In this document: positions 1-11,648 of the stretch, one piece after another
Layout: every line of letters begins with the position of its first letter
Position numbering within the stretch: position 1 is the first letter of the stretch
DNA from: Negaprion brevirostris
Lineage: Eukaryota
Length of the DNA stretch: 64,000 nt
Assembly (NCBI GenBank): GCA_030324005.1
Contig: JARDVH010000001.1
Coordinates: 58,743,134 to 58,807,133, forward strand
Reading direction: 5' to 3'
The notes under the pieces: generated by a model
What the model was told of the DNA's origin: nothing
The model's database searches: none
Seen by the model: only the letters and a program-made list of their open reading frames with translations
Made by a program: the position numbers and the translations under genes

Positions 1-400
1 GTTTAATTGTTCTCCTTGCAAAAGGTTAAGAGAGTTGTTGGAGGTATTCAAAATCATGAAGGTGCTGTTTTCAGTCCTTGGAATTGCAGATTGGGTAAGT
101 GAACATATTCAAGACTGAGTTGGATTTTTGATTGACAAATGAGTCAAGAGTTTTGGGAGGACGGGGAGGAAAATGGAGCTACGTCCACAAAGAGATCAAA
201 GACGATCTTACTGGACGGTGAAATAGGCTCGATAGGCCGAATGGCCTACTATTTTGCATGATCCTGTGGACAGAGTGGATAGACGGAAACTGTTCCCAAG
301 AACCACACAGTCTGAGGATGCTGATTTAAGGTGGTTATCAAAAGACGCAATAGTGAGATGAGGAAGAAGTTCATTACAAGTGGTTATAACCTGGAATGTA
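1..400 (+). mobile_element. CR1-type LINE 3' fragments
   Basis: Degenerate RT C-terminus, and a tail motif (ggctcgataggccgaatggcctact) shared with the other CR1 tails in the window. Confidence 0.6.
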
Positions 401-1414
401 CCGGCTCAGGGAGTGGGGGAGACAGATTTAATCATGCGATTGTTACCCAAAGAATTGAAGGGGGGGTGGAATTGCTGCATTTTATCAAAAGCAAAAACCA
501 ATTTAAAAAAAATCAGTAATTGGTCTAGAATTACTAACTGCAACAACCAGGCCGACACTAACAACCGGGTTAACACATACACAGCAGCTCAACCCTAAAN
601 NNNNNNNNNNNNNNNNNNNNNNNNNNNNNNNNNNNNNNNNNNNNNNNNNNNNNNNNNNNNNNNNNNNNNNNNNNNNNNNNNNNNNNNNNNNNNNNNNNNN
701 NNNNNNNNNNNNNNNNNNNNNNNNNNNNNNNNNNNNNNNNNNNNNNNNNNNNNNNNNNNNNNNNNNNNNNNNNNNNNNNNNNNNNNNNNNNNNNNNNNNN
801 NNNNNNNNNNNNNNNNNNNNNNNNNNNNNNNNNNNNNNNNNNNNNNNNNNNNNNNNNNNNNNNNNNNNNNNNNNNNNNNNNNNNNNNNNNNNNNNNNNNN
901 NNNNNNNNNNNNNNNNNNNNNNNNNNNNNNNNNNNNNNNNNNNNNNNNNNNNNNNNNNNNNNNNNNNNNNNNNNNNNNNNNNNNNNNNNNNNNGAATCTC
1001 TCAATTGTTACAGCACTGAAGGAGACCGTTTGGTCCATCATTCTGCATTGGCTCTCCAAATGAATGGTTTAATATCATTTTCCTGTCTTTTCCCCATACC
1101 CATACACACTGTTTCTATTCAAGTAATCACCAGTGCCCTCTTGAATGCCTCGATTGAATCTGTCTCCAGCACACTTCTAGGTAGTGCACTCCAAACCCAA
1201 ACCACTCACTGTGTGAAAAAGATATTCCTCACATCACATTGCAATCTGTGCCTGTAACTCCCTGTCTTATTTATTATGCACTGTATATTCATATACTTGC
1301 ACAGTAATCCTGATTTAGATGTGAATACTTTCTCCCTTACTCCAACTTCACCTATTAAGTTAATATTCTCTATATTTGTGCTTCCTGTCTCTCCCAGTGT
1401 TTTTTGTATTAATG

Positions 1415-1614
1415 GTGGCTTCTCAGCCTTTTGGCTAAGATCAAAGGTCAGATCAACCCAAGATGAGGTTCAATGCCATATCTCGTCAGCTTGGATCTTG
1501 TATGTGTCTATTGAGGGGACACCTGAATTAGAGTTAATTTTTGGAGCAACCAAGGAGATGGATTTGGGCTCGCTGGTCCACCCTGCGCATTGGCTTTGTA
1601 GCTTTAAGAATGGG
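1415..1614 (+). ncRNA. U2 snRNA-derived element (variant, pseudogene or SINEU-like)
   Basis: 1418-1444 matches the U2 5' end at 26/27 nt. Sm-site-like AATTTTTGGAGC at 1536-1547. GGAGATGGA and GTCCAC..CGCAT match the U2 3' half. GUAGUA is absent. Confidence 0.8.
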
Positions 1615-2050
1615 AAAACATTTTTTTTTAATTATTTAGTACGTGCTGATATTCCTCTCTAATATTTCTTCTTGATTCCCACACCTTTGTCAAGCTAGTT
1701 TGAAGTCCTTCTGACAATACTAGCAAAACACCTCGCAAGGAACTCAGTCCTGGCTCTGTTCAGATGTGACCCATCTGGCTTGTACAAGTGCCAAGTCCCC
1801 CAAGGCCAAATTTTGATTATTCCCTCTGAGAAGCACAGTGATTTTTTTTTTAAAGGTACTTTTTTCATGAGGTGTGGGCATCACTGGCTAGGCCAAGATT
1901 TATTGCCTATCCCCAATTGCCCTAGAGAAGGTGATGGTGATCTGGTTTCTTGAACCATTGCAGTCCATGTGGTGTAGGACATCTACAGTGCTGTTAGGGA
2001 GTGAGTTCCAGGGCATCCTCGTAACTAATCCTTTTTATTGATTATTACAG

Positions 2051-2406
2051 GACAGTCCGATTTGTTGCAGAAGATTCTTTGGATAAAGTTATTTCTGATC
2101 AAGTGGTTGAGACGTCACTGCTGAAGCTATTTCGTACTTTGTTCTTGAGTGATTTGAGTAATCAAGCTGAGTTTCTTAAACTGCTGCCAAAAAATAGCCA
2201 ATCAAAATACCGTGATATGTTAACTCATTTTCAGTCAATGAAAGAAACAAAAGGAAGTGGACTGGAACTGAACCCTGCTGAGGCAATGTTTGAAACACTT
2301 GGATTCATTATCCATCGAGCAATTAGTTCGCTTTCCTTTGCAGGAAGAGGGGTATTTGTTACAACAGGAAAGGTGCCTAAAGGAGCAGTTGTTTGCATGT
2401 ACCCCG
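2051..2406 (+). CDS. SETD9: SET domain-containing protein 9, coding exon (human exon 2 equivalent)
   Basis: Acceptor ttattacag|G and donor CCG|gtactg. Translates (R)TVRFVAEDSLDKVISDQVV...AGRGVFVTTGKVPKGAVVCMYP(G), matching recalled vertebrate SETD9 (DKVISDE...AGKGVFVTKGLVPKGAVVSMYPG). Confidence 0.95.
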
Positions 2407-4329
2407 GTACTGAAGTCTTTTTTTTACAACTTTTAGATCCTGTAATTTTTTGATAGCATTTTATATTCAGCATGTTAAGTTACTGTTTGTGGTGATGTGA
2501 CTGCTGCTTTATTCTGTAAATTGCAGATTCACAGACTGGCTGAGGTTATTTACGAAGGCTTGCCTTCTCAAACTTGCCCCTTGCCTGAGGTATGGTGATC
2601 CTCAGATTAAATCACCACCAGTCAGCTCTCCCCCTCATAGGGGCCAACAGCCTGTGGTATTCTGGGACTATGATGTCTTTACCCTTTACCTATTTTGTAG
2701 ATTAGTATTGGGCTACCTAAGGCACTGTCTGCTGAAACCATTTGTATGAGTTGCTGTAAGTATAATATTTCATTGCTTAGACCATCCATATCCTCTCTTC
2801 TCTCCTGGACCTGCTTCTTTGCATGTCCGTTGAGTCTTTCCAGCCTCACTCATTCTGAATCTCTTTTTCCCATCCTCCTCTCTTGGCAGTTCTCCTTCTG
2901 CAACCCCCCATCCTTCCTCCTTTGGCCTTACTGCTGTCATTTCCTCTCATTCACCTTTGTCACTTCCCACTTCCTGATTCCCCCTCTCAGCTTCCCCTCA
3001 CTCCCTTGTTTACCGCCTCCTCACTTCTCCCTCGGTGGAAAGGGTAGGATTAGGAACTCAAAGTGGGGGAGGGGAGAAATGACCTCCAGCAATATGCTCA
3101 AAATGACTTTCAATAGAGGGGAGGTGAGGTTAACAGAATTTTCAAGCTGATCATTTGGTGGGGGAGAGTTACTAAATCCTGCAACTGATGGTAGTGGGAG
3201 GGAGGGTGTTCAATCATCAGAAAGTCTGGCAGGTGGGGCTGGGGCAGGGGCGGGGGGGGGGGTGCGAAATTGCCATTTCTTTGTTAAGGGAGGATTGCAA
3301 CCCAAGAACATCCTGACAGATTCAGGGCTGAAAAAAACTTTTGGAGTGTGGTGCAGTGTCAAGGGAAGTGTGAGGGTGTTGGCGGAGGGACTGTCAGATA
3401 CTACAATGCTTTGAGGGCAGTGGGTGGCACTAGTGAATGCTGACAGTGGTGTCATGGCCGGTGGGACAGGTTTGAGGGAGGGGAATTCAGCTGAAGTCTG
3501 AGTCCTAATTGGTGTGGAACCATACGCAGACTGGTCTATGCACGTCAGAACTTCAGAAGTATGGAGTGGAATGAATGATTGGGTATTGGGGGTGATATTT
3601 CTGATGAGGAGTGCAGTTATGGGTATCTGAGCAGGAGCCCAAGGCAGGCTGTGACTAACTCTTAATTGCTGGATGGCAGGAGGCTTCACAAGTTATTCTG
3701 CAGTGCCACCAAGTGGAATTCCAATGGAACTGTATGCTTGCTGCAGACAAATGGACTGAGATTGCAACTATTGCTACATAATAGATTTTACATCTAGTAT
3801 GTAAACATTGACACTTTAAACATGGAGTTCCTATTGACAAAACCAAACAAGAGTTCTCATTACATTTTGAAACTGTCTGTTGCAACTCACCTAGTATTTA
3901 CTGTGGGTGTTCATATGTATATTATAATTTATATTTTATATCATGGAGTTCAGAGAATTTTTGTCCAGTTTTTTTACTTTGCCATCAGCAACTGTCACAG
4001 CAAATATATAAACACTCACATAAACATATACATTATTAATTGACTCAGGATTATAACTCATTGGTTCTGAATTATGGCTGTCTTTGTACATCAATTAAAT
4101 GAAACATCCTGGCTGTCAGTGTTCACTATAGGACTCACTGATGGAATATGCAGGCTTTCATTATTTGCTAATTCTCAACAAGGTTTCTCTCAAGGTTTTA
4201 AATCTGTTTCTATCTTTTAAGCCATTTGAATGTTTATATCTTGATGAAGGTTTCCCAGTGAACTCCAAGGTGTATCAAAATAATGACATACAAATGTGGG
4301 TTTAGGACGCAAAATAACAAAATGTTATT

Positions 4330-4830
4330 TTGGATTCTAGTTGCTGTCAAACTGCATTGACACCCAAAACTTTCACCCATGCTTTTGTTATTTCTGAACT
4401 TGATTATTCCAATGCTCTCCTGCCGCCCTCCCACCTTGCACCATCTGCAAGATATAGTTTATCTGAAATTTCTGCCTGCATCTTAACTCAGAGCAGATGC
4501 AGTTCACCCATCACCTCCATTCTTATTGATCTACATTGCCTTCCTGGCAGCACTTTAGCTTCTCATCCTTGTTTTAAATCCCTCTATGGCCACAATTGTC
4601 TTTATCTCTAACTGATCCCAGCCCTGGAGCACTCCTCCAATTTGCACCTCTTGTGCATTCTTGACTTTCTCCACACCACCAGTGAGAACTGTGACTGCAG
4701 CTGTCTATGCTGTAAGCACCGGAATTCCCACCCTATCCTCCTTTTAAGATGCTCCTTAAAACATATCTGTTTGACCAAGCCTTTAGTCATCCATTGATAC
4801 ATTTCCACATGTGACTCAGTGCCTTTTTAA
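4330..4830 (+). mobile_element. L2/CR1-clade LINE 3' fragment
   Basis: Reads TFTHAFVISELDYSNALL...SPITSILIDLHCLP, similar to the L2 RT C-terminal LIHAFVTSRLDYSNALL...HITP.L.LHWLP. Confidence 0.7.
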
Positions 4831-5360
4831 TAACACTTGAGTATGCTGCTGTATAGAAACACAGAAGATAGGAGCATGAGGCGGCCATCTGGCCCTTCAA
4901 GCCAACTGCCTCATTCATTCCGCCCATGGCTGATCATCCAACTCAATAGCAATGGTATGCGAGTTTTACATCCAAAGCCAATTTGCATTTCCAACCTAAG
5001 TGTGTGTGAAAAAAGCAGGTTTGAACCCTCCATCCCTGCTAAGGGAAGAATTTGTTTCAGATTAGGACTACGTTATTCTCCCTAAATTAGCAGTTTGTGG
5101 CTTCAAAATGAATTCAGTCAATCAAATAAATAACTCCTCCCTATTTCCCTTTGGTTATAAGTACTTGTAAATTATGTGTAAACACACAGATCACTGAAGC
5201 CAAACTAGGTTCTTGGCTAAATTTGAAAAGCTAGAACTTCACTTTATAATAAGACCATTCCTTGTTTTAAGATGGTTTAAGTATGTGTGGGCATCAATTA
5301 AAACCTAAGAAGCAAATCATTAACCATATTTAACAGATGCTGTATTTTCATGAATAACAG

Positions 5361-5484
5361 GTACTATCTATCAGCAATATGAGCCAATCCTTTTCCAGTC
5401 AATTTGCAACCCTTTCATTTTTCGATGTATAGATGGTGTGTTGATTGATGGGAATGATAAAGGAATTTCTAAAGTTATTTATAG
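5361..5484 (+). CDS. SETD9: SETD9 coding exon (exon 3 equivalent)
   Basis: aacag|GT...TATAG|gtaagt. Encodes (G)TIYQQYEPILFQSICNPFIFRCIDGVLIDGNDKGISKVIY(R); phases fit both neighbours. Absent from the ORF track. Confidence 0.95.
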
Positions 5485-5674
5485 GTAAGTTTTATTTGCT
5501 TATAATTCCAGATGTGAGCACAGTTACTGCACTTTTAATTTTGTGAAAGTAGTTTGTAGTAGGAATTCATAACTGAACTCAATGACTCACCCCTCCCTAT
5601 CTCTGCATCCTCTTTACAACCCTCCAAGATCTCTGATTGCTTCCAGTTCTGAACTCTTGCAAATCCATTATTTC

Positions 5675-6114
5675 CATGAGGCAGGTAGAATTAGGGACCT
5701 TGTGGTGAAGGATCCGCTTGGGAAGAGTGATCATTGTATGGTGGAGTTTCTGATGCAGATGGAGGAGGAGAAAGTGGGTTCCTGGACATGTGTCCTTTGT
5801 TTGAACAGAGGGGAGTACGGTAGGATGAGAGAGGAATTGGCGAATGTTGATTGGGGGAGCGCATTGGAAGGTAGGTCTGCTGAGGAACAGTGGAGGATCT
5901 TTAAGGAGATCTTTCTTGGTGCTCAGCAGAAATTTATTNNNNNNNNNNNNNNNNNNNNNNNNNNNNNNNNNNNNNNNNNNNNNNNNNNNNNNNNNNNNNN
6001 NNNNNNNNNNNNNNNNNNNNNNNNNNNNNNNNNNNNNNTGATCTTATTGAATGGCGGGGCAGGCTCAAAGGGCTAGATGGCCTACTCCTGCTCCTATTTC
6101 TTATGTTCTTATGT
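5675..6114 (+). mobile_element. Young CR1-type LINE with collapsed gap, inserted into an L2 tail
   Basis: Open ORF2 piece (RDLVVKDPLGKSDHCMVEF...EELANVDW...EQWRIFK), then a 100-N gap, then the tail ...ggcctactcctgctcctatttcttatgttcttatg. Confidence 0.85.
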
Positions 6115-6912
6115 CTTCAGCTGCTTGGGCCCTAAGCTCCAGAATTCCCTCCCTAAACTTCTCTTCCTCTCTCTCCTAAAACCTCTTTCACCATGTTTTT
6201 GATTACCTGACCCAGTAGCTTCTGGTTTGGGATAAAATTTTAGTGGAATCCTTTTTGTTATGTTAAAGATGACGTATGAATGCAGATTTTCATTTCTGCT
6301 GTAATGGCAACCAAGTGAATGGCATTAAGTGTGTTCTTTGTACAGTTTACTTCCAAAAGATTCCAGGATTTCACAGAACTCCTGGTCAGTATATAATAAA
6401 TCTTTTAGTAAATGCTTCAAATCAAAACTTCAGTCTAAAAGAGAAACAAGAACAGAAAATGCTGGATAAAGTCAGTGGGTCTGGCAGCATCTGTGGGGAG
6501 AGAAACAGAGTTAACGTTTCAGATCCATATTACTGACTGAAGATGGAACATAGTATCTGATCAAAGGTACATAAAATCTGTTTACAGCGACTTGTCCTCC
6601 AATTTTGCCTTCTGTTCCCTGGTTTCTTACATCTCCTGCCCATGATGGTGTACCTGGGACTGAGAATCATGGATGGGATGAAATGCAGGTTCACATTCAA
6701 ATCACAGCATTCTGCAGTACAGTGTGGCAAAATTCTTGATACTTTGCAATCTTGGGCCACTTTTTTTTTTAAAACCCTTATCTAATGGGACATGACAAAC
6801 CTTTAATTATTGGGAACTTTCAAAAAAATGTAGTTTCCTGATCAGTTGTTTACTATTTACAGCCTTATCATAATAAGTAAGTTTGCATGGATGTTTCTCT
6901 AACTTCTTTCAG

Positions 6913-7028
6913 ATCATGCAACGGGCGGGACAGGCTTGGTCCTTATAAAACAAGCGATGCCACTTGGCTTTCAGAAACCCCAGTCAACCCATTAGCTGTG
7001 GGCCAATATGTCAACAACTGTTCTAATG
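6913..7028 (+). CDS. SETD9: SETD9 coding exon (exon 4 equivalent)
   Basis: ctttcag|A...AATG|gtaaga. Encodes SCNGRDRLGPYKTSDATWLSETPVNPLAVGQYVNNCSN. Confidence 0.95.
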
Positions 7029-8569
7029 GTAAGACACATTATTTTTGCATATTTATAAAACCTGTTAGTACAAATAGGAACCATGTAGTTAACAAGTGTA
7101 ACTCACAGGAAAAAAACAGATTCTCGGAGGCAGAATTAGCAATTGAAAAAGGTGTGAGAGTTTTGTATTCAGAGGAGATGGTGAAAGCAAGAAAATCAAT
7201 TGATAAAAGTCAACTAGGAATACACGCTAATGCATATCTAGACTTTAATCTCGCATACTTTTCTTGTGCTCAGCAGCAGAATACTTTAATATAAGCGAAC
7301 TCATGCTTCCTATGACCAGGGTCTGACTTCACTCATTCAGTTCATATATAACAAGCCCAAATAGAAAGACTTCTTCACTCTTTTCAGCTTTGCCTACATA
7401 TCCCATGATCTCCTTGACTTCAGAGGGTGGTAGAACAAGTACATGGTTTAGGTTATGGAGTACAGTACCAATCAGATTTATTGACAATATATAAGCACAT
7501 AAGCAACCCACTTCATACAGTGCCCAGTGCTGCCTGTAATTTGAAATTACACAAGTTCCATTGGGATAGGAAAGCAATGGACAAATCCCCCCAGTCCATT
7601 GTACCTGGTAGGCAGAGGGAGATTGATTTCTCACCTGTGTTCCTACACAAATCTATATCAGTCTGGCATGGTTAGTTCTTTATTTGAACTTGGTCTTAAT
7701 GCATTTACATCTTAACGAGAAAGGAGCAGAGGTGATGGGTGTAATATCTCTGGGCTTTTTGTTACAGTTCATGAATGATGACCATTTGAGAAGTGGGACA
7801 CCTGTTACCTTCTTCTAAATGACTAATTAAAAATGGAATCATGGTTACCATAATAGCACAATAACAGCATGCAACATGAAAGAAATTGAGTATAGAGAAA
7901 GAAAGCCTTACATTTCTATAGCACAGCATATAGCATTAAGCTGTTTGAAAGTATTTTACAGCTCATGACGTACCTTTTTGATGTGTAGTCAGTGTTATAA
8001 TTTTGGAAACGCAGCAAGTTCCTATAAAGACAGTGATGAGGTAATCTGTTTTTGTGATGTAGAGGAATATTGACCAGGACATTATGAACATACAAATTAG
8101 GAGCAGGTGTAGAAGGTCCTTCAAGCCTGCTCCGCCATTCAATTAAATCAGGGCTGATCGAATTGCGTCTTCAACCCCACATTCCTGCCTCATAACTTTT
8201 CACTTTACCTATCCCAAAAACTTCTCACCTTTTACCTACTCTCAATAACCTTTCCCTAGGGAGTGTTAATCAAGAATCTGTCTATCTCTGCCTTAGAAAT
8301 AATGCCATGCCATATGATCAATGAAGTGCCATGAAAAGCCTTGCTAACAATTGAGGATTAAGCCAGAATTTGAAAGCTGGCAGCAATTAGGAACTTCAAG
8401 TACTGCAATAAGCATTGAGAAAATTAAAGAGAAAAGGTCTGTAGATTTCAATAGTTTAAATGAAAACCAATCCTGCACATTGAGCTTCTCTAGCATTTTC
8501 TGTTTTTGTTTCAGATTCCAGCATCTGCAGTATTTTCCCTTTATAATCTTGTATATTGTTTTGTTTCAG

Positions 8570-8675
8570 AGAAAGCAGCTAATGTATGTTATCAGGAGTT
8601 TGACGTTCCTGCAACATTTCCTGTAGAGCTCCGTCAGTATATTCCGAATGTTAACTATGGTCATGATATAGAAAG
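8570..8675 (+). CDS. SETD9: SETD9 coding exon (exon 5 equivalent)
   Basis: tgtttcag|AG...GAAAG|gttggt. Encodes EKAANVCYQEFDVPATFPVELRQYIPNVNYGHDIE(R). Confidence 0.95.
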
Positions 8676-8779
8676 GTTGGTTCCAAGTGCCATCAAAACA
8701 TATTGAATGGAAAGCTTTACAGATATATATTGATCCAAAACCACCTTCAGTTGAGAGATTTAGACAATGACTGCATATT

Positions 8780-9095
8780 TGACTTGATATATTATTTTCA
8801 CATGTATTAACATAGTGAAATGTATTGTTTCTTGTGTGCTATACAAACAAAGCATACTGTTCATAGAGAAGGAAAGGAGAGAGTGCAGAATGTAGTGTTA
8901 CAGTCTAGGGTGTAGCGAAAGATCAACTTAATGCAAGGTAGGTCCATTCAAAAGGCAGCAGGGAAGAAGCTTTTCTTGAGTCAGTTGATAGGTCACCTCA
9001 AACTTTTGTATCTTTTTCCGTCAGAAGAAAGTGGAAGAGAAAATGTCTGGGGCGCTTGGGGTCCTTAATTATAAAGCTGGCTGCTTTTCCGAGGA
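8780..9095 (-). mobile_element. Rex1/Babar-like LINE 3' fragment
   Basis: Minus strand reads LFHFLL..KRYKSLR....LKKSFFPAA, resembling the Rex1 RT C-terminal LF.LLPSG.RYRS...RL..SFFP.A. Confidence 0.55.
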
Positions 9096-9953
9096 TTGCG
9101 TCAGCTCCTCTAACAATTAAATCCTCAAGTTTCAAATCGGTTTGATAGCCTAAGTCGCTGGACATTCTTCCTTCCTGCTTTCCCCCCTTCTCAGATGGTC
9201 ACCCATTTTCCACCTCCTACCTCTTTGCATTTCCCACTGACGTGACTAACCTCTCAAACACTCACTCCATTAACTTCACTGCCACGCTGAAAGATGAAAT
9301 TGTCTCCATCTCCAAATCTGAGTTTTTGAGCTTGCAGCAGTTAATGTGGTGACACTTTCACAGATCAAGTTAATACCTGGTGCTTGCAAATCCCATACTT
9401 TTGTAGGATTGAAACATCTCCGTCCTTTCATATTCCTTATAATATATCAGCGTGTTTACTTCTCACTCTCCACCCAATTATCATCTTCACTTTAATTCTT
9501 GTCCTGCAAGGCCAGACCCTCATCTTGTTCGTCTGCTCAAGCTGTAGCTTGAATATAACATTGTCACTGTCTGGTTTTAACAGGCCAGTGGTACAGTATC
9601 TAATTACCAGATGGACAATTGCAGTTGCAGATCTGAAACCTAACTTTCCATTTCAGTCCAATAAAAAACACAAGTTCTGTAATAACTATATTCAGCTCAT
9701 CTCCGATTCACCACTGAAAATCCAATTGTAAAAAGCCTTGTTCATGTGTCATTTTACTCAACCAGTAGCTCACTCTCAACTGGGGTCTCAAAATGTTGAT
9801 AGTTCACAGAAAGCCAGAGGAAATTTTTGAATTAAACAAACAAATCACAAATTCCCTTCCTTTCACTTCCTTCACAAATTGTGAACTAATATTTTTATAC
9901 AGTTTCAATACACCTGTTGCAATCCCTATAATATGGGGAATGCACAAGCAATT

Positions 9954-10005
9954 ATTCTTGTCCAGTTTGCAGACAGCCAAACCTGTCTGCAAACTGGACA
10001 AGAAT
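9954..10005. repeat. Perfect 23-bp inverted repeat with 6-nt spacer
   Basis: ATTCTTGTCCAGTTTGCAGACAG-ccaaac-CTGTCTGCAAACTGGACAAGAAT. Confidence 0.95.
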
Positions 10006-10154
10006 TGAAAATAAACACATCAGAATATTATAAATTGCAACATTGATAAAAGGAAGAAAACACACAGCAGAAAGGGTATTTTAACCAGAAAGGAGTACAG
10101 CTAGAATCAGTATGTTTGGAACTCTGAGATAAGCTATTAGACTAGTTACCCTCT

Positions 10155-11470
10155 CTTTGGTAGGAATAATGGTAGGAAGGACTATTACTTAAATGGCGAA
10201 AAACTGCAGCAGGCGACGGTGCAGAGGGACCNNNNNNNNNNNNNNNNNNNNNNNNNNNNNNNNNNNNNNNNNNNNNNNNNNNNNNNNNNNNNNNNNNNNN
10301 NNNNNNNNNNNNNNNNNNNNNNNNNNNNNNNTATTGAATGGCGGGGCAGGCTCGAAGGGCTGGATGGCCTATTCCTGCTCCTATTTCTTATGTTCTTATG
10401 TTCTTATCAGTAATGGGAGTACTGCTAGAACAGCAAATGATACTGGTGAGAACTTAGAAATGTTACAGACACAGGTATGTAAAAGGCAGATCATGCTTGA
10501 CTCAATCAAATTCTTCGAGGAAATTCCCAACTGGATGAACAAAGGGGATGAATTGGGTGTGACATATTTAGACTTTCAAATAAGCTTTGAAGATATTTTT
10601 CGCAAACCTTAAAGCTAAAGAAGTGGCATGATAGAAGAAACTGGGGCAAATGAATATTAAGTTGGAGCTACTGATATAGCCCAGGATTATATATTGAGAC
10701 TTCTGTTATTTCCTATATACACAAGTGATTAAGACCCGGGAACAGAGAGAATCATATCAAAATTTGCTCATAGTACCAAATAAGGGGACTTTGAAAGTTG
10801 TGACGAAAACTACGAGAGAACCTAGACAGGCCAGCAAAGTGAACAAATAAAGAACACAATTGAAATATATCCTAAATAGTACAATTCTTGGTAGAATAGG
10901 AAAACAAAGAAATCTGAAGGTACAGAAATTACAGAACTTTTAAATGCTGATGTGTAGGGAAAAGAAGCCACAGAAAGACTAATGGGACAATGAACTTCAA
11001 TAATATAAAAATGTGGAGTTGTTACAAAGAATATTGGAACCATGGGATTAACATGGATTTAATAGAAATATGCTAGATTGAAAGGGTATAATCTTGAGGG
11101 AAGACTTGAAAACGTAGGACTCTATTCACTGTAGTAGTAAGGCCTAATAGAAGTGATTAGGATTGTGAAGGATTTCAGAAAGTAAATAGTGAAGGATTTT
11201 CCACTGATTGGTGAATCAGTTTCATGGATATAAATTTTGGATTAGTGCTAGAGCGTAAAGAAGGTGGTTGGAATAAGTCTATTTTCCTGTAAAATATTTA
11301 CGATAGGGAATATGTCATTATTTAAGTCAACTCCATCATTGTTGAAGGATGAGATCAACAAGTGGTTGAAGACAAATATTAAGAGGGGAGAAAAAACCAG
11401 AAAAACCAGGTAAAATAGATTGTGGTAGAGCTAGCACAGCCAGAATGGATTGAATTAATTTTCTGCTACA
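10155..11470 (+). mobile_element. Young CR1 copy (10155-10405, gapped) followed by an old degraded CR1 RT
   Basis: FGRNN..KDYYLNGEKL, then a gap and an (ATGTTCTT)n tail. Downstream are degraded YLDFQ.SF and SKFA.ST.K motifs. Confidence 0.75.
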
Positions 11471-11560
11471 CATACATTTCTATAATGATTTGTGGTGCTC
11501 ACAATTTAAATGTTACATTGGTTTCTGGTCCTTAAGGTCGCCATTTGTTTTGTGTTGCAG

Positions 11561-11648
11561 ACCTCTGCGATGTGTAGTGCTTGTGGCACTTCGAGATATA
11601 GAGCAGGGAGAAGAGCTCTTCTCTAATTACTACACGATAGTACACTGA
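11561..11648 (+). CDS. SETD9: SETD9 last coding exon
   Basis: gttgcag|A. Encodes PLRCVVLVALRDIEQGEELFSNYYTIVH-TGA, including the SET C-terminal ALRDI..GEEL..Y motif. Confidence 0.95.

Noticed and set aside
590-993. AACCCTAA next to a 394-N gap as an interstitial telomere, or SETD9 exon 1 hidden in the gap
   Set aside because: Only one hexamer is visible, and the flanks are AT-rich repeats with no CpG island. Neither idea can be supported.
2746-3689. 134-aa and 159-aa ORFs and a G-rich tract (3234-3262) as a gene or G-quadruplex element
   Set aside because: Low-complexity pyrimidine/purine-biased intronic sequence with no recognisable domain or splice-consistent frame.
5358-5366. CAG|GTACTA at the start of SETD9 exon 3 as a recursive splice site
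   Set aside because: It is simply the Gly-Thr codons at a normal AG|GT junction, and the donor consensus is weak.
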